Shown piece by piece: positions 47,271 to 60,299 of a stretch of DNA of 64,000 bases; positions within the stretch are counted from its first letter, which is position 1; the number at the start of each line of letters is the position of its first letter. Location: NCBI RefSeq assembly GCF_044704955.1, contig NC_091997.1:85684001-85748000 (forward strand), given 5' to 3'. The stretch comes from Pristiophorus japonicus. Lineage: Eukaryota. Position numbers and translations under genes: made by a program. The notes beneath the pieces are model-generated. The model was not told the DNA's origin, made no database searches, and was given only the letters and a program-made list of their open reading frames with translations.

Positions 47271-47765
47271 TAAATTGCAAGCAGTACAGGTAAATCGCTG
47301 TTTCACCTGGAAGGATTATTTGGGGCCTGGACTATGGGAAGGGAGGAGGTAAAAGGGCAGGTGTTGCATCTCCTGCGCTTGCAGGGGAAGATGTTGTGGG
47401 AATGGGCGGGATGCTGGGGGTGATTGAGGAGTGGACCAGTATGTCCTGGAGGGAGCAGTCCCTTCGGAATGCTGAGAGGGGAGGGGAGGGGAAGATGTGA
47501 TTGGTGGTGGGATCACGCTGGAGGTGGTGGAGGATGATCCATTAAACATGGAGGCTCGTGGGGTGAAAGGTGAGGACAAGGGGAAACCTGTCATGGTTCT
47601 GAGAGGGAGGGGAAGGGGTGAGGGCAGAAGAGCGAGAAATAGAACGGACACGGTTGAGAGCCATGGTAACCACAGTGGAGGGGAATCTTCTGTTGAGGAA
47701 AAAGGAAGACATGTCAGAGGCACTAGTGTCAAAGGTGGCGTCTTCAGAACAGATGTGACGGAAAG

Positions 47766-50700
47766 TAATACGACCTTTCTATACAGTTTAAATGCACACG
47801 AGGCCCATGCTTGAGAGAAGGTCACTCTGTGACCAGTAACCTTTATTCACGAGCACTCAAGTGATGAAGGTGGGTGGAGCTTCCCCTTTTATACCTGAAA
47901 GTCCAAGTGAGGAGTGTCTCTCACAAGTTCACCACCTAGTGGTCATTGCTCTCACAGTGTACAACTAAGGTCAGTTTATACATGGGTTACAATGATGGTT
48001 GAATACATAACATCACCTCCCCCCCGAAAGTCTTATTGGGATCACAGGTTGAGTCTCTCTGGTGGTTTACGCTCCCTTGTAGAGCCCCTGAGTTGGGGCT
48101 CTGGTTGTTGGGCGCTGGCCTGAGTGTCAGCTGTTTGCGGTGCCTCAGGCCTGTCCGGACTGCCCACAGTGACTGGGCTCTCCTCCACTTGGTTCCGGTG
48201 TTCGGTCACCTGTGGTGGAGTGAACTCGACATCGTGTTCTTCCTCTGCTTCTTCGATGGGGTTGCTGAACCTCCTTTTTGTTTGATCTACATGTTTGCGG
48301 CAGATTTATCCATTGGTAAGTTTAACTATCAGAATCCTATTCCCCTCTTTGGCAATCACAGTGCCTGTGAGCCATTTGGGCCCTGCAGCGTAGTTGAGGA
48401 CAAAGACAGGGTCATTGACATCGATACCTCGCACCCTCGCATTCCTGTCATGGTAGTCACATTGTGACTGACGCCTGCTCTCGACAATTTCTTTCATGGT
48501 GGGATGTATAAGAGATAACCTGGTTTTGAGCGTCCTTTTCATTAGCAGCTCTGCGGGTGGAACCCCTGTGGTCGGGATCTGTAGGCAAACAGGAGGCGTG
48601 ATAAGCGGCTTTGTAGGGAACCCCCTTGGATTCTGAGCATTCCCTGTTTGATTATCTGCACTGCTCATTACGCCTGCCCATTAGAGGCCGGCTTGAACGG
48701 TGCCGTTCTGACATGGTTAATTCCATTGCCTGCCATGAAGTCCTGGAATTCAGTGCTTGTGGTCATGGTCACTGACCAAGACATCCGGTAGACCATGGGC
48801 GGCGAACATTGCCCGTAGACTTTCTACCGTGGCAGAGGATGTGCTTGAATTTAAAATGTCACACTCGATCCATTTGGAGTAGGCGCCTACTACAACCAAA
48901 AACATTTTTCCGATGAAAGGAACTGCATAGTCCACATGGATGTGTGACCATGGCTTGGTGGCCCAGGACCAGGGGCTAAGGACGGCTTCCCAGGCCCCTT
49001 TCCCAGCTGGGCACACATATTGTACCTGCGAACACAAAGTTCCAGGTCTGCATCTATCCCTGGCCACCAAACGTGTGACCTGGCAATTGCCTTCATCATG
49101 ACAATGCCCGGGTGCTCGTTGTGGAGTTCTCTGATGAACATCTCTCTGCCCATCTGGGGCATGACTACTCGGTTTCCCCACAGTAGACAATCGGCCTGAA
49201 TCGAGAGTTCATCCCTGCACCTGTGAAATGGTTTAAATTCCTCAGGGCATGCCCCGTACGTGGCTGCCCAGTCCCCATTCAGGACACATTTCTTGACTAA
49301 AGACAGTAGCGGGTCTCTATTTGTCCAGACCTTAATCTGACGGGCTGTCACAGGTGAGCCTTCGCTTTCGAAAGCTTCAACAGCCATGATCATCTCAGCA
49401 GCCTGCTCGGTAGCCCCCTCAGTGGTGGCTAGTGGGAGCCCGCTGAGTGCATCGGTGCAGTTTTCAGTGCCCGGTCTGTGCCGAATTGTATAGTCATAGG
49501 CGGCTAACGTGAGTGCCCACCTCTGTATGCGGGCCGATGCGTTTGCATTTATGGCCTTGTTGTCGGCCAAAAGGGACCTTAGGGGTTTGTGATCTGTCTC
49601 CAGCTCAAATTCCCTGCCAAACAAGTACTGGTGCATTTTCTTTACTGTGTATACACATGCAAGCGCCTCCTTTTCTACCATCCCGTAGCCCCTTTCTGCC
49701 TGGGACAGACTTCTGGAGGCATAAGCTACTGGCTGTAACTGACCCTTGGCATTAACATGCTGCAACACACACCCGACACCATAGGACGACGCATCGCATG
49801 TTAAAATAAGTTTCTTACATGAGTAATATAGCGTTAACAGATTGTTGGAGCATAACAAATTGCGTGCTCTATCAAAAGCCCTTTCCTGGCGGTCCCCCCA
49901 GACCCATTCGCGACCTTTGCGTACGAGCACGTGTATTGGCTCTAACAGCGTGCTCAATTTGGGAAGAAAGTTACCAAAATAGTTCAGGAGCCCCAGGAAC
50001 GAACGCAGCTCCGTCTTGTTACGGGATCTGGGTGCTCTCTGGATCGCTTCCGTCTTGGACGCAGTAGGTCTGATCCCGTCTGATGCTACCCTCATCCCCA
50101 GGAATTCTACCTCTGGAGCTAGGAAGACGCACTTCGCCTTTTTCAGTCGCAGCCCTACCCGGTCCAGTCAGCGTAGCACCTCCTCCAGGTTGCGGAGGTG
50201 TTCTTCAGTATCGCGACCCATGATGAGGATGTCGTCTTGAAAAACCACGGTCCCTGGAATCGACTTGAGGAGGCTTTCCATATTTCGTTGAAAGATCGCG
50301 GCGGCCGAACAAATCCCGAACGGACATCTGTTATACTTAAACAACCCCTTGTGTGTCGTGATGGTGGTCAGCTTCTTCGACTTACTCGCCAGCTCCTGGG
50401 TCATGTAAGCTGAGGTCAGGTCCAATTTTGAAAAAAGTTTGCCACCAGATAGCGTCGCAAAGAGGTCTTCCGCTCTCAGTAGCGGCTACTGGTCTTGGAT
50501 TGACACCCGATTGATGGTGGCCTTGTAATCACCACATATCCTGACCGACCCATCCGCCTTGAGCACTAGCACAATCGGGCTCGCCCAGTCACTGAATTCG
50601 ACTGGCGAGATGATGCCTTCCCTCAGCAGGCGGTCCAATTCGCCTTCTATCTTTTCCCGCATCAAGTACGGCACCGCTCTGGCCTTGTGGTGTACTGGCC

Positions 50701-52500
50701 TGGCGTCCGGGTTTATATGAATCACTACCTTGGTCCCCATGAAAGTGCCAATGCCGGGTTGAAATAATGAGTCAAATTTGTCCAGGACCTGTGAGCATGA
50801 TACTCACTCCACAGAAGAAATTGCATTGACATCCCCCATTTCCAGTTATTGACAGCAAGCTAACTCCTCCCAAGTAGTGCGGGACCGTCCATCGGGACAA
50901 TCCAGAGTGGCAACCTGTTCTCCAAATCTTTGTGGGTCACAACTACCGTGGCACTGCCTAGCACCGGAATGATCTCCTTTGTGTATGTCCGTAGCTGTGC
51001 GTCAATCGGCGATAATTTTGGCCTCCTAGCCTTGGACGCCCACAACTTTTTGAACTGTTTGATACTCATCAGGGACTAGCTGGCCCCCGTGTCTAGCTCC
51101 ATTGATACTGCGATGCCATTGAGGAGCACTTTCATCATTATCGGTGGCATCCTGGTGTATGAACTGTATTTGTGCTCCACATGAACTCGCTGAACTTCAG
51201 CTTCCAGCGATTTCCCCCAGTGTTCATTTGGCCTCGTAGGGCTTACATCGGGCCCATCCTTCTCGTACATCACCCTGGCTGCAGGCTTCCTGCACATACG
51301 GGCCAAGTGACCGCTGACGTTGCAATTTCTGCAGGTATATTGCTGATACCTGCAAACTCAAGCTGGGTGTGTGCCTCCACACCTCCAACATGAGCCGTTG
51401 TTAGAAACAAAAGGTCCATTACCAGTCCATCGTCTCTGACTGTGTCTGTAACTGTCCTTAAGCACACCATTAACAGATGTTGATGGCCCCATTACTGGCC
51501 TCATTGTCCCTTGTGATGGCGTGAATCGCCGTTCAGCTAGCCATTGTCTCTGATAAATTCTGATAAACAGGTTTCGACTACATGTTGGGGCATGTCTGAT
51601 TGCCCTTGTCTGCCTGGAGAACTGTGTGCTGCGTTAACAATGTTAACTCCCTGTCCATTTGCTGCATTTGAGCCCAGATTTTTGTCAAACATCATTCTGG
51701 TCTCTTCCTCCCCTGAGATAAAAGTCTGGGCCATCAAGGCCGCCGTTTCCAGGGTCAAGTCTTTGGTTTCAATCAGTTTCCTGAAAACCCCAGCGTGCCC
51801 GATGCACTCAATAAAAAAGTCTCGCAGCATCTCCGCTCTGCATGTATCAGGGAACTTACATCGGCTCGCCAGTCGCCGGAGATCTGCCACAAAGTCTGGA
51901 ACGCTTTGCCCTTCTCGCCGCCGGTGCGTGTAAAACCGGTGTCTCGCCATGTGCATGCTGCTCGCCAGTTGAAGGTGTTCCCCGATTAACTTACTGAGCT
52001 CTTCAAACGTTTTGTCCGCCGGCTTCTCTGGCGCTAGAAGATCCTTCATCAGGCAATACGTCCTGGATCCACAAACCGTCAGGAGTTGAGCCCTGCGTTT
52101 GTCGGCCGACTCCTGTCCCAACCATTCCTTAGTGACGAAACTTTGCTGTAGTCTCTCAATAAAATCGTCCCAATCATCACCAACACATTACCTCTTGTCT
52201 GTGCTGCTAGTGGCCATGCTCACGTGGTTTAAATCCCAGTTTCCCGTCGCCAATGATACGTCCTTACTATACAGTATAAATGCAGACGAGGCCCATGCTT
52301 GAGAGAAGGTCACTCTGTGACCAGTAACCTTTATTCACTAGCACTCAAGTGATGAAGGTGGGCGGAGCATCCCCTTTTATACCTGAAAGTCCAGGTTAGG
52401 AGTGTCTCCCACAAGTTCACCACCTAGTGGTCATTGTTCTCACAGTGTACAACTTAGGTCAGTTTATACATGGATTACAATGATGGTTGAATATGTGACA
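47766..52500 (-). mobile_element. Gypsy LTR retrotransposon 1, unit 2 copy
   Basis: LTRs 47766-48012 and 52254-52500, same TSD and Penelope host as unit 1; pol remnants 48890..50095. Confidence 0.95.
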
Positions 52501-54276
52501 GAAACGAAGAAACTGGGAGAATGGAATGGAGCCTTTACAGGATGTGGGGTGGGAGGAGGTGTAGTCCAGGTAGCTGTGGGAGTCAGTGGGCTTATTGTGA
52601 ATGTTTGTCAATAGCCTATCTCCAGAAATGGAGACAGAGAAGTCAAGGAGGGTAAGGGAAGAGTCGGAGATGGACCATGTGAAGGTGAAGGATGGGTAAA
52701 AATTGGATGCAAAGTAAATGACATTTTCTAGTTCAGGGAGAGAACAAGAAACAGCACCGGTACAGTCATCAATGTACCGGAAACAATGGTGAGGGAGGGG
52801 ACCCGAGTACCCACAAAAAGGAGTATTTTGTTTGCATGGTTTCAGAAACTAGAGCTTTCACTTATCTTACAGAACAAATGCTTCATGTGTGGTGAGAGGC
52901 TGAGTGTAATTTTAGGCTAACTCGCCGGGGGCGGGGGAGCAGGGGGGGCTGGGGGGGCTCCTATGGTGTAATGCCATATTTACACCCTGCCCAAGATTAC
53001 TCTCCACAGATTTCAATGGAGGGTAAAATTGGGTGAGTTGTAAAACCATTGTAGCGCTCGATCCCATCACTTTCCCGGTGGGTGGGTTAATGGAAAGCCT
53101 CCTTCTATGTTTCAGAAAGTGTTTCACTATTTTTCCTGCACTGGGTGTTGATCTAAGTGGCCAGTGGAAAATGAAAAGGTTCACTAGGTTGATTCCGGAG
53201 ATGAGGGGGTTCACTTATGAAGATAGGTTGAGCAGGTTGGACCTATACTCACTGGAGTTCAGAAGAATGAGAGGTGATCTTATTGAAACTTATAAGATAA
53301 TGAGGGGGCTCGACAAGGTGGATGCAGAGAGGATATTTCCACTCATAGGGGAAACTAAAACTAGGGAACATAGTCTTAGAATAAGCGGCCACCCATTTAA
53401 AACTGAGATGAGGGTTGTAAATCTAAGTAATTCTCTGCTCCAGACAGCTGTGGAGGCTAGGTCATTGAATATATTTAAGGCGCAGATAGACAGATTTTTG
53501 AGCGATAAGGGAGTAAAGGGTTTTGGGGAACGGGCAGGGAAGTGGAGCTGAGTCCATGATCAGATCAGCCATGATCTTATTAAATGGCGGAGCAGGCTCG
53601 AGGGGCCAAATGGCCGACTCCTGCTTCTATTTCTTATGTTCTTATGACACGACTGCCAAGTGTGTACTCACTATCACTGTGCTGCACAGAGGCATGCTCA
53701 TAGAGTACACATTGTATTTCAGAGCCTCTCACTTCCCCAGTCCCTTCTGTGACTGGAGAGTTGAACGAACAGCCCAACCACTGTCCCCAGGCTCATTAAT
53801 ACAACATCAGTGCACACATATCATCTGAGTCATCCATAAGTCTACTGCCCATTTCCTAACTTGCACCACGTCCCGTTCACCCATCAACCTGACCTACATT
53901 GGCTCCCGGTTAAGCAAAGCCTCGATTAAAAAATTCTCATCCTTGTTTTCAAATCCCTCAATGGCCTCGCCCCCTCCCTATCTCTGTAATCTCCTCCAGC
54001 CCCACAACCCCCAAAATATCTGCGGTCCTCTAATTCTAGCCTCTTGAGCATTCCCGACTTCAATCGCTCAGCTGCCAAGACCCAAAACTCTGGAATTCTC
54101 TCCATCAACCTCTCCGCCTCTCTAGCTCTCTTTCCTGCTTCAAGATGCTCCTCAAAACCTATCTCTTTCACCAAGCTTTTGGTCATCTGCCCTAATTTCT
54201 CCTTATGTGGCCTGGTGTCAAATGTTGTTTGTAACACTCCTGTGAAGCGCCTTCTGACGTTTTTCTACATGAAAGG

Positions 54277-56358
54277 TGTTGTGTATCTGTAAAGCATGCA
54301 CTCCCATGTTCCACCATCCCAGCATCCCTTGGGAACACTCTATATAAGCCGGCCCCTAAGGCTTGTTCCTCACTCTGGAGTGTCTGATTAAAGACTGAGG
54401 TCACTGTTACTTTAACCTCCCAGTGTGCAGCCTCATAATAGGAACATAATAACTGGTGACGAGAATACGAATCCAACGCAAAGATGCAACAAACTGTGGG
54501 CATCCTGGAGAAGTTCTCGGAGGGTGAGGACTGGGAAGCCTATGTCGAATGGCTAGACCAGTACTTTGTAGCCAACGAGCTGGACGGAGAAGGAAGCGCT
54601 GCAAAAAGGAGAGCGGTCCTCCTCATGGTCTGCGGGGCACCGACCTACAGCCTCATGAGGAATCTTCTGGCTCTGGTGAAACCCACAGATAAGTCGTATG
54701 AGGAGCTGTGTACACTGGTTTGGGAGCATCTTAACCTGAGCGAGAGCGTGCTGATGGCGAGGTATCGGTTCTATACGTGCCAGTGATCTGAAGGTCAGGA
54801 AGTGGCGAGCTACGTCGCCAAGCTAAGGCGACTTGCAGGACAATGTGAGTTTGATGGCTACCTGGAGCAAATGCTCAGAGACCTTTTTGTACTGGGCATT
54901 GGCCACGAGACCATCCTATGAAAACTTTTGACTTAGAGACACCGACCCTCAGTAAGGCCATTGCGATAGCACAGATGTTTATGTCCACCAGTGATAACAC
55001 CAAACAAATCTCTCAGCACACAAGTGCTAGCAATGTTCATAAATTAACTGCAACTGTGTTTGCGAGCAGAAATGTACAGGGCAGAACCCACGAATCTGCA
55101 ACTGCCAGCAGGCCTCAGGTGACCCAGATGACTCAGAGTCCCCAAAAAAGGATGAATGCAAGGCAATTCACACCTTGTTGGCGTTGTGGAGGCTTCCATT
55201 CAGCCTATTCATGCCACTTCAAAGGGTATGTTTGCAAGAGCTATGGAACAATGGGGCACCTCCAATGAGCTTGCAAGCTCTGCAAAACCTGCTAACCACC
55301 ACGTGGCAGAGGAAGATCAGTCCATGGTGGGTCAAAGCAATTTCGAGCCTCAGAGAGAGGAGGTAGATGCTGAAGTACATGGGGTGCACACATTTTCAAC
55401 AAAATGTCCACCTATAATGCTAAACGTAAAATTGAATGCCTTACCCGTAGCCATAGAACTGGACAGTGGTGCTAGCCAATCTATCGTGAGCAAAAAGATG
55501 TTTGAGAGACTGTGGCGCAACAAAGCATTCAGACCAGCCCTGAGCCCCATCCACATGAAACTGAGAACGTACACCAAAGAGCTTATCACTGTCCTGGGCA
55601 GCGCCATGGTCAAGGTCACCTACGAGGGCACGGTGCACGAACTGCCACTCTGGATTGTCCCGGGCGATGGCCCCACACTGCTTGGAAGGAGCTAGCTGGG
55701 CAAAATCCGCTGGAACTGGAATGATATCCGAGCGCTATCACATGTCAATGAGGCCTCATGTACCCAGGTTCTTAACAAATTTCCTTCCCTTTTTCAGCCA
55801 GGCATTGGAAACTTTTCCGGGGCGAAGGTGCGGATCGATTTGGTCCCAGAGGCAGGACCCATTCACCACAAGGCGCGAGCGGTACCTCACATGATGAGAG
55901 AGAGAGTGGAAATCGAGCTGGACAGGCTGCAACGCGAGGGCATCATCTCCCCAGTGGAATTCAGCGAGTGGGCCAGCCCGATTGTTCCAGTACTCAAAAG
56001 TGATGGCACGGTCAGGATTTGCGCCAGCCCAGCGAGGGCACAGCCAACACACCAGAACAGACATTTGTACCAAGGCGGTCCACCAAGGAAAGAAAGGCTC
56101 CCAACCGCCTCACCTAGTAAATAGTTTTCACTTTGACTTTGGGTGGGGAGTGATGTTGTGTATCTGTAAAACATGCACTCCCATGTTCCACCACCACGGA
56201 GCTCATCCCCTGAAGTCCCAAGGGATCCCAGCATCCCTTGGGAGCACTGTCTATAAGCCGGCCCCGAAGGCCTGTTCCTCACTCTGGAGTGTCTGATTAA
56301 AGACTGAGATCACTTTAACCTCCCTGTGTGCAGCCTCATCTGTGTTAGGAACACAATA
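54277..56358 (+). mobile_element. Gypsy LTR retrotransposon 2, unit 2 copy (most of RT, RH and IN deleted; full 3' LTR 56154-56358)
   Basis: TSD AAAGG (54272-54276, 56359-56363); deletion junction near 56022; PPT GGGTGGGGAGTGA retained. Confidence 0.95.
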
Positions 56359-56366
56359 AAAGGTGT

Positions 56367-56511
56367 TATATAAATACAAGTCGTTTTTACTGTGGTTGAG
56401 TTGTTAAAAGAGGAAGAGGATTTCCTCTTTCATCACTTCTCTGTTTCTCTCACTGACCAGAATGTGATGGTGAAAGAGGCACCCAGCTTCTGAACCAGCT
56501 AGGAATGTGAA
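56367..56511 (+). promoter_or_regulatory. Putative proximal promoter of copy C
   Basis: TGTGGTT 56391-56397, AAAAGAGGAAG 56406-56416, TTCCTCTTTC 56422-56431. Confidence 0.5.
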
Positions 56512-56566
56512 ATGGCGCTTGGTGCTCTGTTTGTGGGTCTTTTCCTTCTGTTCCAACATGTTGTAG
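56512..56566 (+). CDS. Receptor copy C exon 1, signal peptide
   Basis: Identical to 28389-28443, G|gtaagg donor. Confidence 0.8.
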
Positions 56567-58617
56567 GTAAGGATCCATACTTTCAACTAATCTTCAACAT
56601 GTTTATCTGGAAATATCAGTTTCTATCTGTACCTGAACGCAGAAATATAAGGATTGAAGGATATCGATTGCCATCAGTGCTGCTTTCACGCGGATGTTTA
56701 ATGTACTCATATGACAGTTGTTGCTGGGTCATTTTAACACGGTTTAATCATGGGTGGTCAGTTTAAAATTGGCACTAAGAGAGTGAGGAGACAGATTAGG
56801 AGAACATTTTTTACACAGAGGTTTGTTTTGCCACAGGGAGTGGTTGACGCAGAGACATTTTCATCTTTTGAAGGAAAACTGGAAAACATTTGAAGCAGAG
56901 GAAGATTTGGGGCTGTGGGGAGAGCGAGGCAATGGGTTTGCTCTGGCAAAGAGCCAGCACTGGCACGATGGGCCCAATTGCCTCCTTCTGTGCTGCAAAC
57001 GTCTTTGGTTCAACTCCTGTCTTAAAACAGTGCAGGGATGAAATACAAGAACAGTGCTGATCCTATCCCAATTTCCCTTACAACAGAATCATATCTCACT
57101 CTAGGAATGAAATAGTGGAAGATTTAGAAGAGTTAGAAGGATTTGCTGATGGGCTTTAATGGAGAGAGGGGGTGGGAAGTCCGTGCAGAGCATAAATGCG
57201 GCATGGAGCAGTTGGGCCGAATGGCCTGTTTCTGTGCCGAACATTCCATGTAATTCTGTGTAAGATTTTATGCTCAGACTCGATCATTGGGAACTCGAAA
57301 GTAACAATTATATTTGATGACTCAGCCGAGCCTCACACCATTAAAGGGTGGAGACCACACTAGGCGGGGCCCACGACACCACTCGGACCAGGGCTCGAAA
57401 TCAGCACCACTGGCAAAATGGAGCAGCTCAGGGCTTTCTGTACATTACAGACCGTCCATTCCGCGATTGTTCTGTAAGGAAATGGAAACCGACACTGTGT
57501 AAAGGGGGATTTGTAACCATACTCTGCAATTTGTTTCTAAACAGACTCTGTGTAATATGGGCGGTCTGCCGACAGATTCTGTTCCTCAAATGATAAGTGA
57601 CGTCTGCCCCTAACCTCAGTCCAAACACGGCTGAGTTACAACCGAGTCTGACTGGGAGATGTGGTTTGGTGTTTATTCGAGCTCTGGCGTAATAGTGATC
57701 TATAGTACAGACACACCTGGGTCAGTGGGGCCAAGTTTCAGTTGAGTTGCTCCTGTTTTTTTGGAGCAACTAGTTTAGAATGGAATATCTTAGAAATTTG
57801 AATTCTCGGCATTTAGTTTGTTCCAGTTCTAGTCAGTTAGAACAGTTTCACTTTGGAACAGAATTTTTTTTTCAAAAGGGGGCGTGTCCGGCCATTACGC
57901 CTGTTTTTAAAGTTTAGGCAGTGAAAACTTACTCCAAACTAACTTAGAATGGAGTAATTGAAGATTTTTGTACGTTCGAAAAAACCTTGTCTACACTTTA
58001 GAAAATCAGGCGTAGGTTACAAATTCGGCGTAGGGAACGAGGGCGGGGGGGGAGACGGGGGGGGAAGGGAAGTCATTAAATTCTACAATCAATCCTTCAG
58101 CCATGAACTCATTGAATGGCAGTGCAGGCTAGAAGGGCCGAATGGCCTACTCCTGCACCTATTTCCTATGTTTCTATGTTAGTTATACTTATACAAATAT
58201 TATACCAATAAATCCAACCTGAATAAAAATTTATAAGCAAAGAAAAGATTAAATAATCCATGTTCCGACCTGTGTGAAACAGCAGCAACCTTCAGGCAGG
58301 CCTTTCATGTTGGAGACAGGCAGGGGTGGTGTCAGTGTCTCGACGGCAGCCCCCACAGCAGCAACAAGCAGCCTTCGAGCTGAGCTGTGGTGCTTCAGGC
58401 AGGCCTACATTCCATTAGTGGCTGGCCGGCAGCCGAAGAATCAACACGCACGCAGCTTTCGAAGGGGGTTGAGGCCATTCGGCCACACGATAGGGGCGGC
58501 GTCAGTGGCTCGACGGCAGCCGAAGATACAGCAGCAGCTTTCGAGCTGTGAGGGGACTGAGGCCATTTGGCCAGGGAGAGGCAGCCACATAGACAGTTTT
58601 ATACTTAAATTTGCAGA

Positions 58618-59817
58618 ATGGGTGCTGCATTGTCAACACCACGTATTATGCAATGGTTTGCCATCAATTCACTGCATAGGAGAGAATTGATTAGAGCTCA
58701 CTGCACCAGGAACATCGTAACCCGTAGGTTGCTGGGCAGGAGATCTTACCCACGTCAACAATATCGAGCCAGGCGCTCGTACCTGGACATGAGCGAGGCT
58801 GATTGTGTGAAAAGGCTGCGTTCACTGAGATCTGTGATATGGTGAGAGCAGATTTGCAGCCCAAAAGCAGACTGCCAACTGCCCTGTCTGTTGCAGTGAA
58901 GGTAACAGCTGCACTTTCTTTCTATGCCTCGGGATCGTTTCAGGCTACAACTGGAGATGTGTGTGCCATCTCTCAACGTGCAATACATGCCTGCATTTAC
59001 CAGGTCACGGCTGCACTGTATGCGCGGAGGAATGACCATCAATTTCCCAATGACCGCACAAGCGATCCATGAGAGGGCTGTGGGCTTCTTCAGGATTGCT
59101 GGCTTCCCAAAGGTACAGGGCTGCATTGATTGTACCCACATAGCCTTGCGAGCACCTGTGGAGGATTCTGAGCAGTACCGAAATAGGAAAGGTTTCCACT
59201 CTATCAATGTGCAGCTCGTGTGTGACGACAAGCAGCGCATCATGTCAGTCGATGCGAGATACCCTGGCAGCACCCACGATGCGTTCATCCTACGCGACAG
59301 CGTTCTATCTGACATGTTTGAGCAGCAGCCAGAAGGGCAGAGCTGGCTACTGGGAGACAAAGGGTACGGCCTGACCATCTGGCTCATGACACCCCTACGC
59401 ATGATACGGACAGAAGCTGACCGTCAATACAACATGGCGCACATTGCGACACGCATCATCATTGAGAGATCCATTGGCATATTGAAACAGCGTTTCGGAT
59501 GCCTGGACCATTCCGGAGGACAGTTGCTATACTCTCCTCAGATTGTCGGTCACTTCACTGTTGTGTGCTGCATGCTTCATAACTTAGCCATCATGAGGCA
59601 GCAGGAGCTGGTAATGGAACCAGAAGACCCACGTGAGGGTCCAGTACCTGATGATAGTATTATGGAAGAGCAGGATGAGGATGATGACGACGATCAGGAA
59701 AGCATGCAAGTGCCTGATGCCGGAGCACGAGGTCGGAGGAGGGCTGTCCATCGTGCTCCTTTAACGATTGCTCGAGCCTTGTGCCAGCAGCTCATCCGTG
59801 AACGCTTCAACTACTGA
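58618..59817 (+). pseudogene. Harbinger (HARBI1-like) DDE transposase, frameshifted
   Basis: GCIDCTHI, NRKGFHSINVQLVCD, YPGSTHDAFI, LLGDKGY, IERSIGILKQRF, CCMLHN; N-terminus split over 58618..58845 and 58803..59072. Confidence 0.92.
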
Positions 59818-60299
59818 TGCCTGAGGGTTCTGTGACCACTTTTGCACATGGACATGTTTATTCTTTGCAGTTGTTCCGACGTTGTGTTGTGTTAATGGAA
59901 CATTTAATGGAAGTTTTAATGAAAAAATATTTTATTGAAAAGTTAACGTCACTGTAATAAAATATTTGTTGTATCAAACTATACTTTTTAATATGACTCT
60001 TGAAGATCACTTAAAAACTTTATGGTCACTTATAAACTTGTAAAGTTACAAAAGTTACAAAACAATCGCAATGTGAAAAATCTTACTCTTAAGATCACTT
60101 AAACTTCAAGATCACTTTTTAGATGCAAAATTAAATAAGTTACAGAATGTGAGAGCATTTACACTAAAAGATCACTTGAAAACCCTGAGATCACTTATAA
60201 ATTGTAAAATTACAAAACTTACAAAACAATTTCAATTTGAAAAACGCTACTACAGCTACATCAAGAACAAGAACAAAAGCAGCAAAGAAAGGCTGCATC

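Noticed and set aside
46918-47352. Repetitive ORFs and a superficially CRISPR-like array
   Set aside because: Head-to-tail 21-bp minisatellite with no unique spacers and no cas genes in a eukaryotic context; open frames follow from the unit length.
58924-59817. Host HARBI1 gene
   Set aside because: Frameshifted N-terminus, transposon end, convergent partner ORF and absence from the paralogous intron indicate a transposon copy.
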